Assembly (NCBI GenBank): GCA_050115675.1
Contig: JASFQB010000007.1
Span: 10,108-74,107 of the forward strand
Reading direction: 5' to 3'
Source: Candidatus Woesebacteria bacterium
GTDB taxonomy: Bacteria > Patescibacteriota > Saccharimonadia > Saccharimonadales > EFPC-124
DNA: 64,000 bases
Shown here one piece after another: positions 52,371 to 61,479 of the stretch (its first letter is position 1; each line of letters begins with the position of its first letter). The notes under the pieces were generated by a model. It searched no databases. It worked only from the letters and a program-made list of their open reading frames with translations, and was not told the origin of the DNA. The position numbers and the translations under genes are program-made.

Positions 52371-52408
52371 TAGCGCCGTTACTGCAACGGCGCTAATTTT
52401 TCATTTTT
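52371..52408 (+). terminator. Intrinsic terminator; right arm overlaps uvrB stop codon
   Basis: TAGCGCCGTT-actgc-AACGGCGCTA then ATTTTTCATTTTT. Confidence 0.7.
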
Positions 52409-54363
52409 CCTTTAATGTCTGTAATTATATCGCGCAATTCGGCCGCTTCTTCAAATTGCAAATTTGCCGCAGCAAGCTCCATTTGTGATGTTAAATCGCG
52501 TAACAAGCTTGGGTATTCATCCTTAGGAATCTTATCAAGATTTTTTTGAGCGGTTTTAGCTTCTTGAGGTATTACCGCACGCAGACCTTCGTCTATTCCC
52601 TTTTTAACACCCGTTGGCGTGATTCCGTTGCGCTCATTATACGCCTGCTGAATTTCGCGGCGCCTTGCAGTTTCGTCAATTGTAACCTGCATGCTTTTTG
52701 TAATTTTGTCAGCATACATGATTACGTGGCCGTCAACATGCCTTGCGGCACGCCCAACAGTTTGAATTAACGCCTGCTCGCTGCGCAGAAAACCTTCTTT
52801 GTCGGCGTCTAAAATTGCCACTAGACTAACCTCTGGCAAGTCCAGTCCTTCACGAAGTAAGTTGATGCCAATTAAAACATCGTAAACGCCCGTTCGCAAA
52901 TCACGTAAGATATCGCTACGCTCAAGAGTATCAATATCAGAATGCAAATACGCACATTTTATACCAAGATCAGCTAAATAATCGTTTAAATCTTCTGACA
53001 TTCGCTTAGTAAGCGTTGTAACCAGCACGCGATGACCTTTTTGTGTTGTTTCGCGAATTTCTGCAATTAAATCATCAATCTGACCAGTAGTGGGTCGCAC
53101 TTCGATTGGTGGATCAAGCAGGCCTGTTGGTCTGATAATTTGCTCAACGGGCTGTGTACTTCTGCTAAGCTCGTACTCACCTGGAGTTGCGCTAACGTAA
53201 ACCACTTGGTTCACATGTCGCTCAAATTCTAAAAATTTTAGCGGACGATTATCTAACGCACTTGGCAGCCTAAAGCCATGATCAACCAAGACTTCTTTGC
53301 GTGCACGGTCGCCATTGTACATGCCACGCACCTGAGGAATAGTCATGTGCGACTCGTCAATAAATAGCAAAAAATCATCTGGGAAGTAGTCTAACAGAGT
53401 GGCCGGCTGCTCACCAGGTTCGCGGTTTGTTAGGTAGCGACTATAGTTTTCTATACCTTTTACAAAGCCTGTTTCTTCTAACATTTCTAGGTCAAATTTT
53501 ACCCTTTGCCCCAAGCGCTGAGCTTCTAATAATTTGTTTTGCGATTTAAACTCCTTAATACGCTGTTCGGACTCTTGGCGGATTTTATCTATTACTACCT
53601 TTAGTTTTTCTTTGGGAGTAACGTAGTGAGAGCCAGGAAAAATGCTGACTTCTGACAATTCTGCAATAATCTCACCCGTCAAAGCGTCAACATTAGTGAT
53701 ACGATCTATTTCGTCGCCAAAAAACTCTACACGATACGCGCTTTCTGCACCAGCAGGAAAAACGTCAACAACATCACCACGAACCCTAAAAGTAGAACGG
53801 TGGAAGTCTATATCGTTTCGTTGGTACTGAACATCTGTAAGGTGCCTTATAAATTTATCTTGCTTGCGCTGCTCGCCTTTTTTTACATGCACGGCCATTT
53901 CTCCATAATCCTCTACAGCGCCAATACCATAAATACAGCTTACGCTAGCAATAATAATTACATCGCGTCGGGTTAATAACGACGCGGTGGCAGCGTGGCG
54001 CAGACGATCAATTTCTTCGTTTATTTTGCTGTCTTTTTCTATGAATGTGTCTGTGCTGGGCATATATGCCTCTGGCTGGTAGTAATCAAAATAGCTTACA
54101 AAATAATGCACCTCTGCATCAGGAAAAAACTGTTTAAATTCGCTATAAAGCTGAGCAGCAAGCGTTTTGTTATGAACTAGAACCAAGGTCGGAACCTGCC
54201 TTTGGGCAATAATGTTAGCCATAGTAAAGGTTTTACCCGAGCCAGTTATGCCAAGCAAAGTCTGTTCGCGCTGGCCATTTTTTAAGCCATCAACAAGCTG
54301 AGCGATTGCCTGAGGCTGATCGCCAGTGGGCTGAAACGGTGTATGCAGCTTAAAGTTGGCCAT
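52393..54363 (-). CDS. uvrB: Excinuclease ABC subunit B
   Basis: GITGSGKT Walker A, beta-hairpin region, DESH, helicase C motifs, C-terminal UVR domain (EEAAELRD). Confidence 0.9.
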   Translation of the reverse strand: MANFKLHTPFQPTGDQPQAIAQLVDGLKNGQREQTLLGITGSGKTFTMANIIAQRQVPTLVLVHNKTLAAQLYSEFKQFFPDAEVHYFVSYFDYYQPEAYMPSTDTFIEKDSKINEEIDRLRHAATASLLTRRDVIIIASVSCIYGIGAVEDYGEMAVHVKKGEQRKQDKFIRHLTDVQYQRNDIDFHRSTFRVRGDVVDVFPAGAESAYRVEFFGDEIDRITNVDALTGEIIAELSEVSIFPGSHYVTPKEKLKVVIDKIRQESEQRIKEFKSQNKLLEAQRLGQRVKFDLEMLEETGFVKGIENYSRYLTNREPGEQPATLLDYFPDDFLLFIDESHMTIPQVRGMYNGDRARKEVLVDHGFRLPSALDNRPLKFLEFERHVNQVVYVSATPGEYELSRSTQPVEQIIRPTGLLDPPIEVRPTTGQIDDLIAEIRETTQKGHRVLVTTLTKRMSEDLNDYLADLGIKCAYLHSDIDTLERSDILRDLRTGVYDVLIGINLLREGLDLPEVSLVAILDADKEGFLRSEQALIQTVGRAARHVDGHVIMYADKITKSMQVTIDETARRREIQQAYNERNGITPTGVKKGIDEGLRAVIPQEAKTAQKNLDKIPKDEYPSLLRDLTSQMELAAANLQFEEAAELRDIITDIKGKMKN

Positions 54364-54370
54364 GCTTATC

Positions 54371-54379
54371 ATTATAGCA
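54371..54379 (-). promoter_or_regulatory. Extended -10 TGCTATAAT 7 nt from uvrB ATG (leaderless-type)
   Basis: Minus strand reads TGC-TATAAT-gataagc-ATG, which supports the start at 54363. Confidence 0.5.
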
Positions 54380-54442
54380 CTTAATATTTTTTCTAAAAAG
54401 TAAAGCTGGCGACCAAATTTCGGCCACCAGCGCAGCAGAAAG

Positions 54443-55174
54443 CTAGATATTGTGTCTTGCCTTATATAGCATTAAGCTCATAAGAGTCTTCAGATCTGCG
54501 TACCCCTTTGAGCTGTTTTCGGCAAGGGCTAGCGCCTGGTCAAAGGAAACAACATACAACTTGGTATGTTCACCCTCAGCAGCAACACCAGCAAGCCTGC
54601 CATTCATCTGCGCGACTTGTTCTTCTGTTGCGGTTGCTCGAACCACACAGAAGTATACACGCTCGTCCGTAAAACCAGGGCTAACCAACAAAGGCATATT
54701 GCCCAACATGTTTATGGGCGCCGACCAAGCAAGGTTAATTCCTGTCTCCTCATTAAGCTCACGTAATGCAGCAACGCGCACGTCCTCTCTTGGGTCAATC
54801 ATACCCGATGGGTTTGACAGCACGTACGACTGCATGCCAGGAACTCGTGTCTGAGCAACAAATACAACGTAATCATTGGCATTAGTTGTAATATGCGCAA
54901 GAACGTCAACAGCTTCACCACGAAGCGTAACAAGACCGTCGAGCTTTCGCCCATTCAGCCAAGCATCAACTTCTAGGTACGCCATTTTTACTTCAGAGGG
55001 GCTACCCCAGCAATGTGCCGCATAAACAAAGACGTCTCTGATTTCAATTCCCTGAGCCTTGCAGCGGCCAAGCCAGTCACAAAGCAGTCTAGAATTTACA
55101 ATCTCGCGGCGGCTGACCTTGACACTTGGCGAAATCCTGATTCGCATTGCACCAGACATGTACAGCAGCTCCAA
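54443..55174 (-). CDS. NUDIX hydrolase with ~100-aa unassigned N-terminal region
   Basis: Perfect NUDIX box [23 protein letters not shown] (Gx5Ex7REUxEExGU). Start codon uncertain. Confidence 0.75.
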   Translation of the reverse strand: MELLYMSGAMRIRISPSVKVSRREIVNSRLLCDWLGRCKAQGIEIRDVFVYAAHCWGSPSEVKMAYLEVDAWLNGRKLDGLVTLRGEAVDVLAHITTNANDYVVFVAQTRVPGMQSYVLSNPSGMIDPREDVRVAALRELNEETGINLAWSAPINMLGNMPLLVSPGFTDERVYFCVVRATATEEQVAQMNGRLAGVAAEGEHTKLYVVSFDQALALAENSSKGYADLKTLMSLMLYKARHNI

Positions 55175-55294
55175 TCACAATAGACAAACATTGCCACTCT
55201 GAAGATAATACCATATTTAGCAGAGCTGTCAACTGTTGACTATAACCTTGCGTTGTTATATAATCAACATTATTGTGCGTCAAAGGAGGCATTG

Positions 55295-55819
55295 ATGGGA
55301 ATCCTTAGGACCAACAGGGCGCTGGGAGCGTTCGACTGTATTGATACGGTTGACCTGACTGAGCTGCACGGATGCAATGTCCAGGTTGTTGCTGGCGAAC
55401 CGTCAACAACGGTTGGTGCAAGTGGTCCACGCTGGGGCATTAGCTCAGTAGAGGTCGAGCATACCAGCGCAAACGGCATCAACACGCTAGTAGTCAGGAG
55501 ATCAAGCTCCAGAGGCTTGAGCGCAACAGCTTCAAACACCGGAACTGCTAAAACTGGACCAGGAGGCTACGCCAACGCCAACACTGGCTACGATGGGCCA
55601 ATCCGGCCAGGAATGTCTGTCACCGTCCGAAACACAGGTGACGCCTCAGCCACAGGCCCTGGCAGCTGCGCCAATACTGGAGTTTCGCGTGGCCGCACGT
55701 CACAGACAGAAAAGAAGACGACTATCGTTCGCGACCACAAGCCCTTAACGATTGACCGACAGGCGCAGCTTACTGTAAAAATTGTTGTGTCGCCCGGCGC
55801 CAAAGTTTTCTATCTGTAA
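55295..55819 (+). CDS. Hypothetical GC-rich protein with internal TGPG..ANTG repeats
   Basis: AAGGAGG SD before the ATG at 55295. TGPGGYANANTG and TGPGSCANTG repeats. A spot count gives about 60% G+C. Confidence 0.45.
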   Translation: MGILRTNRALGAFDCIDTVDLTELHGCNVQVVAGEPSTTVGASGPRWGISSVEVEHTSANGINTLVVRRSSSRGLSATASNTGTAKTGPGGYANANTGYDGPIRPGMSVTVRNTGDASATGPGSCANTGVSRGRTSQTEKKTTIVRDHKPLTIDRQAQLTVKIVVSPGAKVFYL

Positions 55820-55830
55820 CAGCAAACGCA

Positions 55831-55855
55831 GCCCCCTCAAATCCATTGAGGGGGC
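55831..55855. terminator. Hairpin between convergent genes
   Basis: GCCCCCTCAA-atcca-TTGAGGGGGC. Confidence 0.55.
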
Positions 55856-55871
55856 GTTAATCTCTAAAAAA

Positions 55872-56474
55872 TTATCCGCGCGCAGCTTTTTTTGGTCGAT
55901 CTTCTAGACTTTTAATGTCTTTTTTGAAATCTGCGTAATCGCGGTCGAGAGTTTCGACAATTTTTTTTACAATCCGTTCAGGATCAGTGTCGTAGATAAT
56001 TCTGGTACCTTGCGGCACTTGAAGTGTATTTACAATTGTAGGAATAAAATCTGCCGCGCCACCGCTACCTAATAAAACAGCACAGAGCTTGTGATTCTCT
56101 AATGCAGTTGTAAATTCATGAAGGCTACCTATACGCCCGCCAACCGTAATTACCGCATCACTAGAACGCACTAAATACACATCACGTCCAACATAATCCA
56201 TGCTTGTAAAATTAATGTAATCAAATTCTTTTACGGGCAGCCGATAAGATTTTATGTGCTCACGCACTGTTGCAGCTGGAGAAAAGCCAATAGACAGCCC
56301 GCCTGCGTCTTTAGCACCCCTTGCAGCATGCTGCGGCAAGCCGATCGTGGCTCCAGTTGTTAGTGTGTGTCCGCTTTTTGCTATGGCCTCGCCTATTCTG
56401 TATGCCAGATCGTGCGAAGTGTCAACCGTCACGCCAGCAGCTGCGCCTGATACGCAAATTTGATATTTACTCAT
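55872..56474 (-). CDS. LOG/TIGR00725-like Rossmann-fold protein
   Basis: ICVSGAA...TGATIGLP...AVITVGGRIGSLHEF pattern of the LOG/DprA-like (SLOG) fold. ATG at 56474. Confidence 0.6.
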   Translation of the reverse strand: MSKYQICVSGAAAGVTVDTSHDLAYRIGEAIAKSGHTLTTGATIGLPQHAARGAKDAGGLSIGFSPAATVREHIKSYRLPVKEFDYINFTSMDYVGRDVYLVRSSDAVITVGGRIGSLHEFTTALENHKLCAVLLGSGGAADFIPTIVNTLQVPQGTRIIYDTDPERIVKKIVETLDRDYADFKKDIKSLEDRPKKAARG

Positions 56475-56532
56475 ATATGTTTTTCTTGCCTTTTTAGTAA
56501 TTATATAACGGTTACGCTTTAATAACAATACT

Positions 56533-56574
56533 ATACCCCACTCCAGCACGATTTACTCTGCTAGAGTGGGGTAT
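56533..56574 (-). terminator. Intrinsic terminator
   Basis: ATACCCCACTC-N20-GAGTGGGGTAT (11-bp stem) followed on the minus strand by T-rich sequence. Confidence 0.65.
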
Positions 56575-56582
56575 CTGCCCTA

Positions 56583-57089
56583 CTATTTACGTCTTCTTTT
56601 TCTGCGAACGACCAGAAATCTGTCTTGGTCGCTAAATAGGCTACTTTCGCACATGACTTCTTGCCAAGTCTGCCTTCGCTTGCCGCACATTTTAGAAACT
56701 ACAAAGATATGATTACCACCCAGATCGAACTGAGGAAACACAAGTGTCCCATAGGCGATCAGGTCTCCTCGCTGTACCGCTGCAGGGTCCCAAAGCTTAG
56801 CAAGGTAGTAGTAAAATTCGTACATCGTTGCAGCAATATACCCGCCTTTCCACAGCTCTACATTGACATCGCGCAAAGAAAATTTTTTTCCATCGACATC
56901 TAGTGTTGCGGGCGAAACGACCTCAAGTTCGCCTCTTATGCCCCTGTCGCTTTGTCCATCAACAAGGATCATTCTTTGCGAGCTATCCACGCCTTTTTGC
57001 AAGGTAGCCTCATCCAAAAGGTCTACAAGCGAAGGTGACGAGGATGCTCTACCAATGGCTCGCAAAGTGCGTAGCGGGTTACTCTTCAT
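56583..57089 (-). CDS. Hypothetical protein with poly-basic C-terminus
   Basis: GGAGGG 6 nt upstream of the ATG at 57089. Ends in RRKRRRK. Confidence 0.5.
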   Translation of the reverse strand: MKSNPLRTLRAIGRASSSPSLVDLLDEATLQKGVDSSQRMILVDGQSDRGIRGELEVVSPATLDVDGKKFSLRDVNVELWKGGYIAATMYEFYYYLAKLWDPAAVQRGDLIAYGTLVFPQFDLGGNHIFVVSKMCGKRRQTWQEVMCESSLFSDQDRFLVVRRKRRRK

Positions 57090-57168
57090 TGCAGACCCTC
57101 CATAAGGCAAGGAACCATAACGATACCTATTATGTTAGCACTGCCTCGACTACGTGTCAGTAATTTAA

Positions 57169-58392
57169 TTATTTTTCTAGCATATGGTCATCGATCTTTT
57201 GTAAAATTTGAGCTTCGATTACGCTATGTCCAAGGTACCTGACAAAAATTTCGTTCTGCAAACTTTCTTTTAGGTAACGCGAACCACGCTGTGTATATGG
57301 TAATTTCATGCAATAATCTTCAGCAATGTCCAACAAGTTAAACGACAGCGCTCCGTCACCGTACGGCAAACCCACATAGTCCCTATTACACCAAAACTTA
57401 AGCGTAGGATCTATATCAGCAATTGCATCTTCTGGATTTCTCCAATGAAGGTCTTCAAGCTGAAGATGTGGCTCAAACGATTTTGGATAGTGACAAGCGT
57501 CTGCATTTGCGAAATGACGTTTTATTACACGCCAATGCACTTGCTGTCCACCCAAAGAAACACCACAATTACCACCATCGATTAGCGCATTGACTAGCGC
57601 TCTACCAAAATCCTTACGAACCTGGCTCAGTTTAGAGTATGACCCATACAAGCGAATTTCGTTTAAATAATACAATACTAAGGCCGTTAGCCTGACTGAC
57701 AAACCAAGCGTCTGTCCGTCTTTTGTGGGTAAAATGTACACATAACCAAGCTCTTTTATTTGAGTAACATTATGACATTTTTTGCTGGCAATTTTGCTTG
57801 CAAATTTACCCCATCTTTCTATAGGCATTATTATAATTTCAGCGTCTCGCCTTTCAAAATCGGCTGGCTTTAATCCTGCGTATAGTTTATTAAACTGTTT
57901 TAACCAGCCAGTGTTCTCTACAAAACGAAGCGCACCATATACTTCGGGCAGTCGCTCGTGTTTAAGCATAGAGTCAACGGATCTGTAGCCAAGATGAGAC
58001 ATAACAGCAGTAGGAGGCATTTCACGCAATATACGCCTTGCTGCACTTTTTTTAAGCACCCAGCAATCTTCTAGAACATCTGCTTTCTCTATAACGCTTT
58101 TTACATGCTCAAAAATATCGTTAACAGACGCTTCTCTTTTGCAACCTATTGTTTTTAAAAAGTGACTATCATCTTGCTGATACCTTGAAAGTAGTGCATG
58201 GTAAAGTTCTGGGCCAGTCGTGTCTTTATGGTCCAGGTCCAGCTGCCTAGTCCCCTCATGTGCAGCCGCCAAAATATCACCAACAAGACCAATATCATAA
58301 CCGCACTGTCCACTTAAAGATTCCAACTGCCGAAGATTCTCGCTAAACAGAGGTTCTTTTGCGTCTAGTAGGTCACTTAAAAGCTTAGCCAT
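57169..58392 (-). CDS. Hypothetical 407-aa soluble protein
   Basis: Long uninterrupted ORF. TGTTAAAAT-N6-ATG start context. No motif recognised. Confidence 0.6.
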   Translation of the reverse strand: MAKLLSDLLDAKEPLFSENLRQLESLSGQCGYDIGLVGDILAAAHEGTRQLDLDHKDTTGPELYHALLSRYQQDDSHFLKTIGCKREASVNDIFEHVKSVIEKADVLEDCWVLKKSAARRILREMPPTAVMSHLGYRSVDSMLKHERLPEVYGALRFVENTGWLKQFNKLYAGLKPADFERRDAEIIIMPIERWGKFASKIASKKCHNVTQIKELGYVYILPTKDGQTLGLSVRLTALVLYYLNEIRLYGSYSKLSQVRKDFGRALVNALIDGGNCGVSLGGQQVHWRVIKRHFANADACHYPKSFEPHLQLEDLHWRNPEDAIADIDPTLKFWCNRDYVGLPYGDGALSFNLLDIAEDYCMKLPYTQRGSRYLKESLQNEIFVRYLGHSVIEAQILQKIDDHMLEK

Positions 58393-58398
58393 ATTATC

Positions 58399-58407
58399 AT
58401 TTTAACA
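58399..58407 (-). promoter_or_regulatory. Extended -10 TGTTAAAAT 6 nt from ATG 58392 (leaderless-type)
   Basis: Minus strand reads TGT-TAAAAT-gataat-ATG, within the 25-nt gap after pfkB. Confidence 0.5.
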
Positions 58408-58417
58408 TAAGCGCCAA

Positions 58418-59389
58418 CTATAGGTCGGTAATAGTAATTGGCATTGCGTGTAAATTATGGCTTCCGTGCAGTATGCCAGTTTTAGCTCCAATTTTTGTAA
58501 CCACGCTTGTGGAGTTTGCGCTTGCAAAAATTACAGCATCATTTAGTGTTTTACCTTGGGCAATCATTGCAGTAAAACCAGAACCAAAAGCATCACCAGC
58601 ACCAAGACGATCTACAACTTTTACATCTTCGTACATGCCCGCCGTAATTATCTGTTTACCATCGCTAGCGATAGCACCATTTGGACCATCGCTAACTATT
58701 ACAATGTCTACAAAATGCACAGCGTGGCGCACAAGTTCTTCGCTTGTTGTACCCTCTACTAAAATTTGCATTTCTTCTTTATTGGCGATCAACACAGAAA
58801 CATCCTCTAGCAAAGGGCGTATCTTTTCTGGCTGCTGCAACTCTGCCGTAGACGGATTAAAAGCAATTTTTGTATTGTGTTTTGCGGCCAGGCTTACAAT
58901 TTTTTCTAGTAGTTGTATAGAGCCAACCGACGAAAGATAAAGCCAGTCAGCCTGCTCTAGCGCCTGCAAATTAATGTCCGAGCCGTCCGCACGCAACTTT
59001 TGCCCATGCGCACGCATAATTGTTCGCTCGCCATTTGGTGCTAAAATAACCGTAGCATAACCAGTTTTATAGCGCTCATCCTGATGAACATATCTTGTAT
59101 CTATCCCCTCAGAATCGAGCTCATGCAAAATACTCTCGCTCATGGCGTCAGCACCCAAAACACCCATAAAAATACTTTCCAAACCTTGCCGAGCAAACGT
59201 TGTTGCCGCATTTGTGGCGTTACCGCCAGACGTAATTATAACTTTTTCAAGATCTAGTTTTGCGCCAAGCGGCAACTGAATCACTCTTTCGCCATCTACT
59301 TGTCGTGGCAAAAAAATGTCAGGCGCAAGCAAATAAACGTCCTGAGTCACCGACCCTATGCACAGTATTTTTGGTGTTATATTGCCCAT
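58418..59389 (-). CDS. PfkB-family carbohydrate kinase (ribokinase-like)
   Basis: N-terminal GS..QDV, TSGGNATNAA, C-terminal GAGDAFGSGF signature. Confidence 0.8.
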   Translation of the reverse strand: MGNITPKILCIGSVTQDVYLLAPDIFLPRQVDGERVIQLPLGAKLDLEKVIITSGGNATNAATTFARQGLESIFMGVLGADAMSESILHELDSEGIDTRYVHQDERYKTGYATVILAPNGERTIMRAHGQKLRADGSDINLQALEQADWLYLSSVGSIQLLEKIVSLAAKHNTKIAFNPSTAELQQPEKIRPLLEDVSVLIANKEEMQILVEGTTSEELVRHAVHFVDIVIVSDGPNGAIASDGKQIITAGMYEDVKVVDRLGAGDAFGSGFTAMIAQGKTLNDAVIFASANSTSVVTKIGAKTGILHGSHNLHAMPITITDL

Positions 59390-59396
59390 TTAGATA

Positions 59397-59405
59397 ATTA
59401 TAACA
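59397..59405 (-). promoter_or_regulatory. Extended -10 TGTTATAAT 7 nt from pfkB-family ATG (leaderless-type)
   Basis: Minus strand reads TGT-TATAAT-tatctaa-ATG. Confidence 0.5.
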
Positions 59406-59430
59406 CTTATGGCTAAAAGCTGGCGAGGCA

Positions 59431-59459
59431 TTGAACTAAAAGTCTAATAGTTGTATAAT
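59431..59459 (+). promoter_or_regulatory. Orphan plus-strand promoter TTGAAC-N17-TATAAT
   Basis: Near-consensus hexamers pointing into a 110-nt non-coding spacer. Confidence 0.5.
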
Positions 59460-59465
59460 ATTTTT

Positions 59466-59571
59466 TGCTATCAGTCCGCAACGCATCAAAGAAGGACGCG
59501 ACAAAGCTACCAACTGTCGAGGAGCTTCTTAGCCCGTACGAAGCCCGCCATTTAGGCGGGCCTTCTTTATT
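59466..59571 (+). ncRNA. Candidate ~105-nt small RNA (promoter to terminator), function unknown
   Basis: Starts about 7 nt after the TATAAT. Ends in GAA-GCCCGCC-attta-GGCGGGC-c-TTC followed by TTTATT. No ATG-initiated ORF inside. Confidence 0.3.
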
Positions 59572-60481
59572 ACACGACGGCCCTGCCTGCCGATCCGAAC
59601 ATCTCTATTTTATCTTCTACAACTTGTTGAACAGCTTGGTAAACTTGCGGCATTAGCTTAACAATGGCGTATTCGTCTGGGTTGTCTGCTAAAACTTTTT
59701 CTAATGTTTTACGAAAAACATATCGCATGTCAGAGTTAATGTTTACCTTGCTTACGCCAATTTTTGCTGCTTCTTCAAAATAATGCCCTGGGGTACCGCT
59801 GCCACCATGTAGCGATATGTTACAATTTATTACCTGTCTGATTGCCCGCAACAAGTCAAGATCAAGCTGTTTGGGTACAGAATATTTACCATGCAGATTA
59901 CCAACGGCAGCTGCAAAAGTATCAATACCCGTCGCCTCTACAAAAGCACGTGAGCCTTCTGGTGTAGAGAATGTTTTTTTGACTTCCTCATAATCAATTT
60001 GTTCAGCATGCACGTTTGAGCTACCCATAAAGTAATGTGGCTCTCCCTCTATCAAAGCACCTGTAAATTTAGCATATTCTACAACTTCCTTGGTCTTCTC
60101 AATAATCTCTGCATCTGTCGCTTCATGATTTGCCTGGGCAATATCAATATGCACAAACTCAAAACCGGCATCTATCGCACGCTTTGCATCATCCACCGTT
60201 GGTGAGTGATCAAGGTTTAAATACATCTCTACACCATATTCTTCTTTGTAGTTGTCTACCATGTCGCGGATGTTATCTAACCCAATTGCTTTAACCTCGC
60301 CATGACTAACCTCTACAAGCACTGGCGAACGCAGTTTTTGCGCCGCACGAGCTACAGCAATTAAAGTTTCTTGGTTGTCTATATTAAAGGCACCCACGGC
60401 AAAATGCTGCTGTCGCGAACGCTGCATTAAATGCCGAGCCCGTATGCAATTATCTCTGATAGTTGGGATTGTTAAAGACAT
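59570..60481 (-). CDS. fba: Class II fructose-bisphosphate aldolase
   Basis: Class II aldolase motifs (VLVEVSHGE, LNLDHS, LHGGSGTP). Confidence 0.85.
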   Translation of the reverse strand: MSLTIPTIRDNCIRARHLMQRSRQQHFAVGAFNIDNQETLIAVARAAQKLRSPVLVEVSHGEVKAIGLDNIRDMVDNYKEEYGVEMYLNLDHSPTVDDAKRAIDAGFEFVHIDIAQANHEATDAEIIEKTKEVVEYAKFTGALIEGEPHYFMGSSNVHAEQIDYEEVKKTFSTPEGSRAFVEATGIDTFAAAVGNLHGKYSVPKQLDLDLLRAIRQVINCNISLHGGSGTPGHYFEEAAKIGVSKVNINSDMRYVFRKTLEKVLADNPDEYAIVKLMPQVYQAVQQVVEDKIEMFGSAGRAVV

Positions 60482-60483
60482 TT

Positions 60484-61479
60484 TTAGCTCCTATTTAACA
60501 TTTTTTTAACTGTATCTACAATATTTTGCGAGGTTAAACCATAATGCTCTAGCAACTCGTTAGCACTGCCAGATTGTCCATACTGATCGTTTACACCAAT
60601 TCGCACTACACGCGCAGGATGCTCGCTGGCCAACAATTCACAAACGGCGCTACCAAATCCTGCAGCAATTTGACCTTCTTCTACCGTTACCGCCAAGTTG
60701 GTTTTGCGCACGCTTTGCAGAATCGCCTCTTTATCTAAAGGCTTTATGGTTGGAACATGCAAAACTTCGACACTAATGTCATGTTCTTGCAGCCGTTTTG
60801 CGGCCACCAAGCAAGAATACGTCATTGTACCCGTACCTAGCATTGTAATGCTATGTCCGCCCCAAACAACATGCGCTTTGCCTAGTTCAAAAGGAGTTTC
60901 TTGCGTGGTAAATACAGCTGTGTCTGCACGTGCAAGCCTAATGTAGCTTGGCTTACTTAGCTTAGCCAAAGCCATTGTTGCCTTTTTTGCTTCCACAGCA
61001 TCGCCCGGGGCAACCACAACCATGTTGGGCAGCGAACGCATTAAAGCAATGTCTTCTAGCACCTGATGGGTAGCTCCATCTGGGCCAACATTTAGACCAG
61101 CATGACTTCCAACTATGCAAACTGGCTGATTATTTATGCAAATTGTTGTTCTAATTTGCTCCCAGTTTCGGCCAGGATTAAAAACTGCATAGCTTGCCGC
61201 AAATGGCTTTTTGTCAACGGCAGCCATGCCAGAAGCTACTGTTACTAAATTTTGCTCGGCAACACCTACTTCTACGTATCTGTCAGGAAATTCTTCTGCA
61301 AAGTAGTTCATCTTTACAGATTCTGACAAGTCTGCGCTTAAACCAACAATGCTGTCGTCTTTTTTTGCAGCTTCTAGCAAACCCTGGCCAAAACCCTCGC
61401 GCAAAGACTGTTTTTTTACGTCGGCATCGCCAATATTATGTATAAGCTTCATTTGTAAAAAATCAGTCATCTTGTTCAT
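60484..61479 (-). CDS. tkt: Transketolase, C-terminal (pyrimidine-binding + C-terminal domain) subunit
   Basis: FGQGLLEAAKKD, VEVGVAEQNLV, GPDGATHQ. Split-gene form. Confidence 0.85.
   Translation of the reverse strand: MNKMTDFLQMKLIHNIGDADVKKQSLREGFGQGLLEAAKKDDSIVGLSADLSESVKMNYFAEEFPDRYVEVGVAEQNLVTVASGMAAVDKKPFAASYAVFNPGRNWEQIRTTICINNQPVCIVGSHAGLNVGPDGATHQVLEDIALMRSLPNMVVVAPGDAVEAKKATMALAKLSKPSYIRLARADTAVFTTQETPFELGKAHVVWGGHSITMLGTGTMTYSCLVAAKRLQEHDISVEVLHVPTIKPLDKEAILQSVRKTNLAVTVEEGQIAAGFGSAVCELLASEHPARVVRIGVNDQYGQSGSANELLEHYGLTSQNIVDTVKKMLNRS

Noticed and set aside
59465-59656. 63-aa plus-strand ORF
   Set aside because: It starts at TTG, runs through the hairpin and continues antisense into fba. 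It is better explained as a non-coding transcript region.
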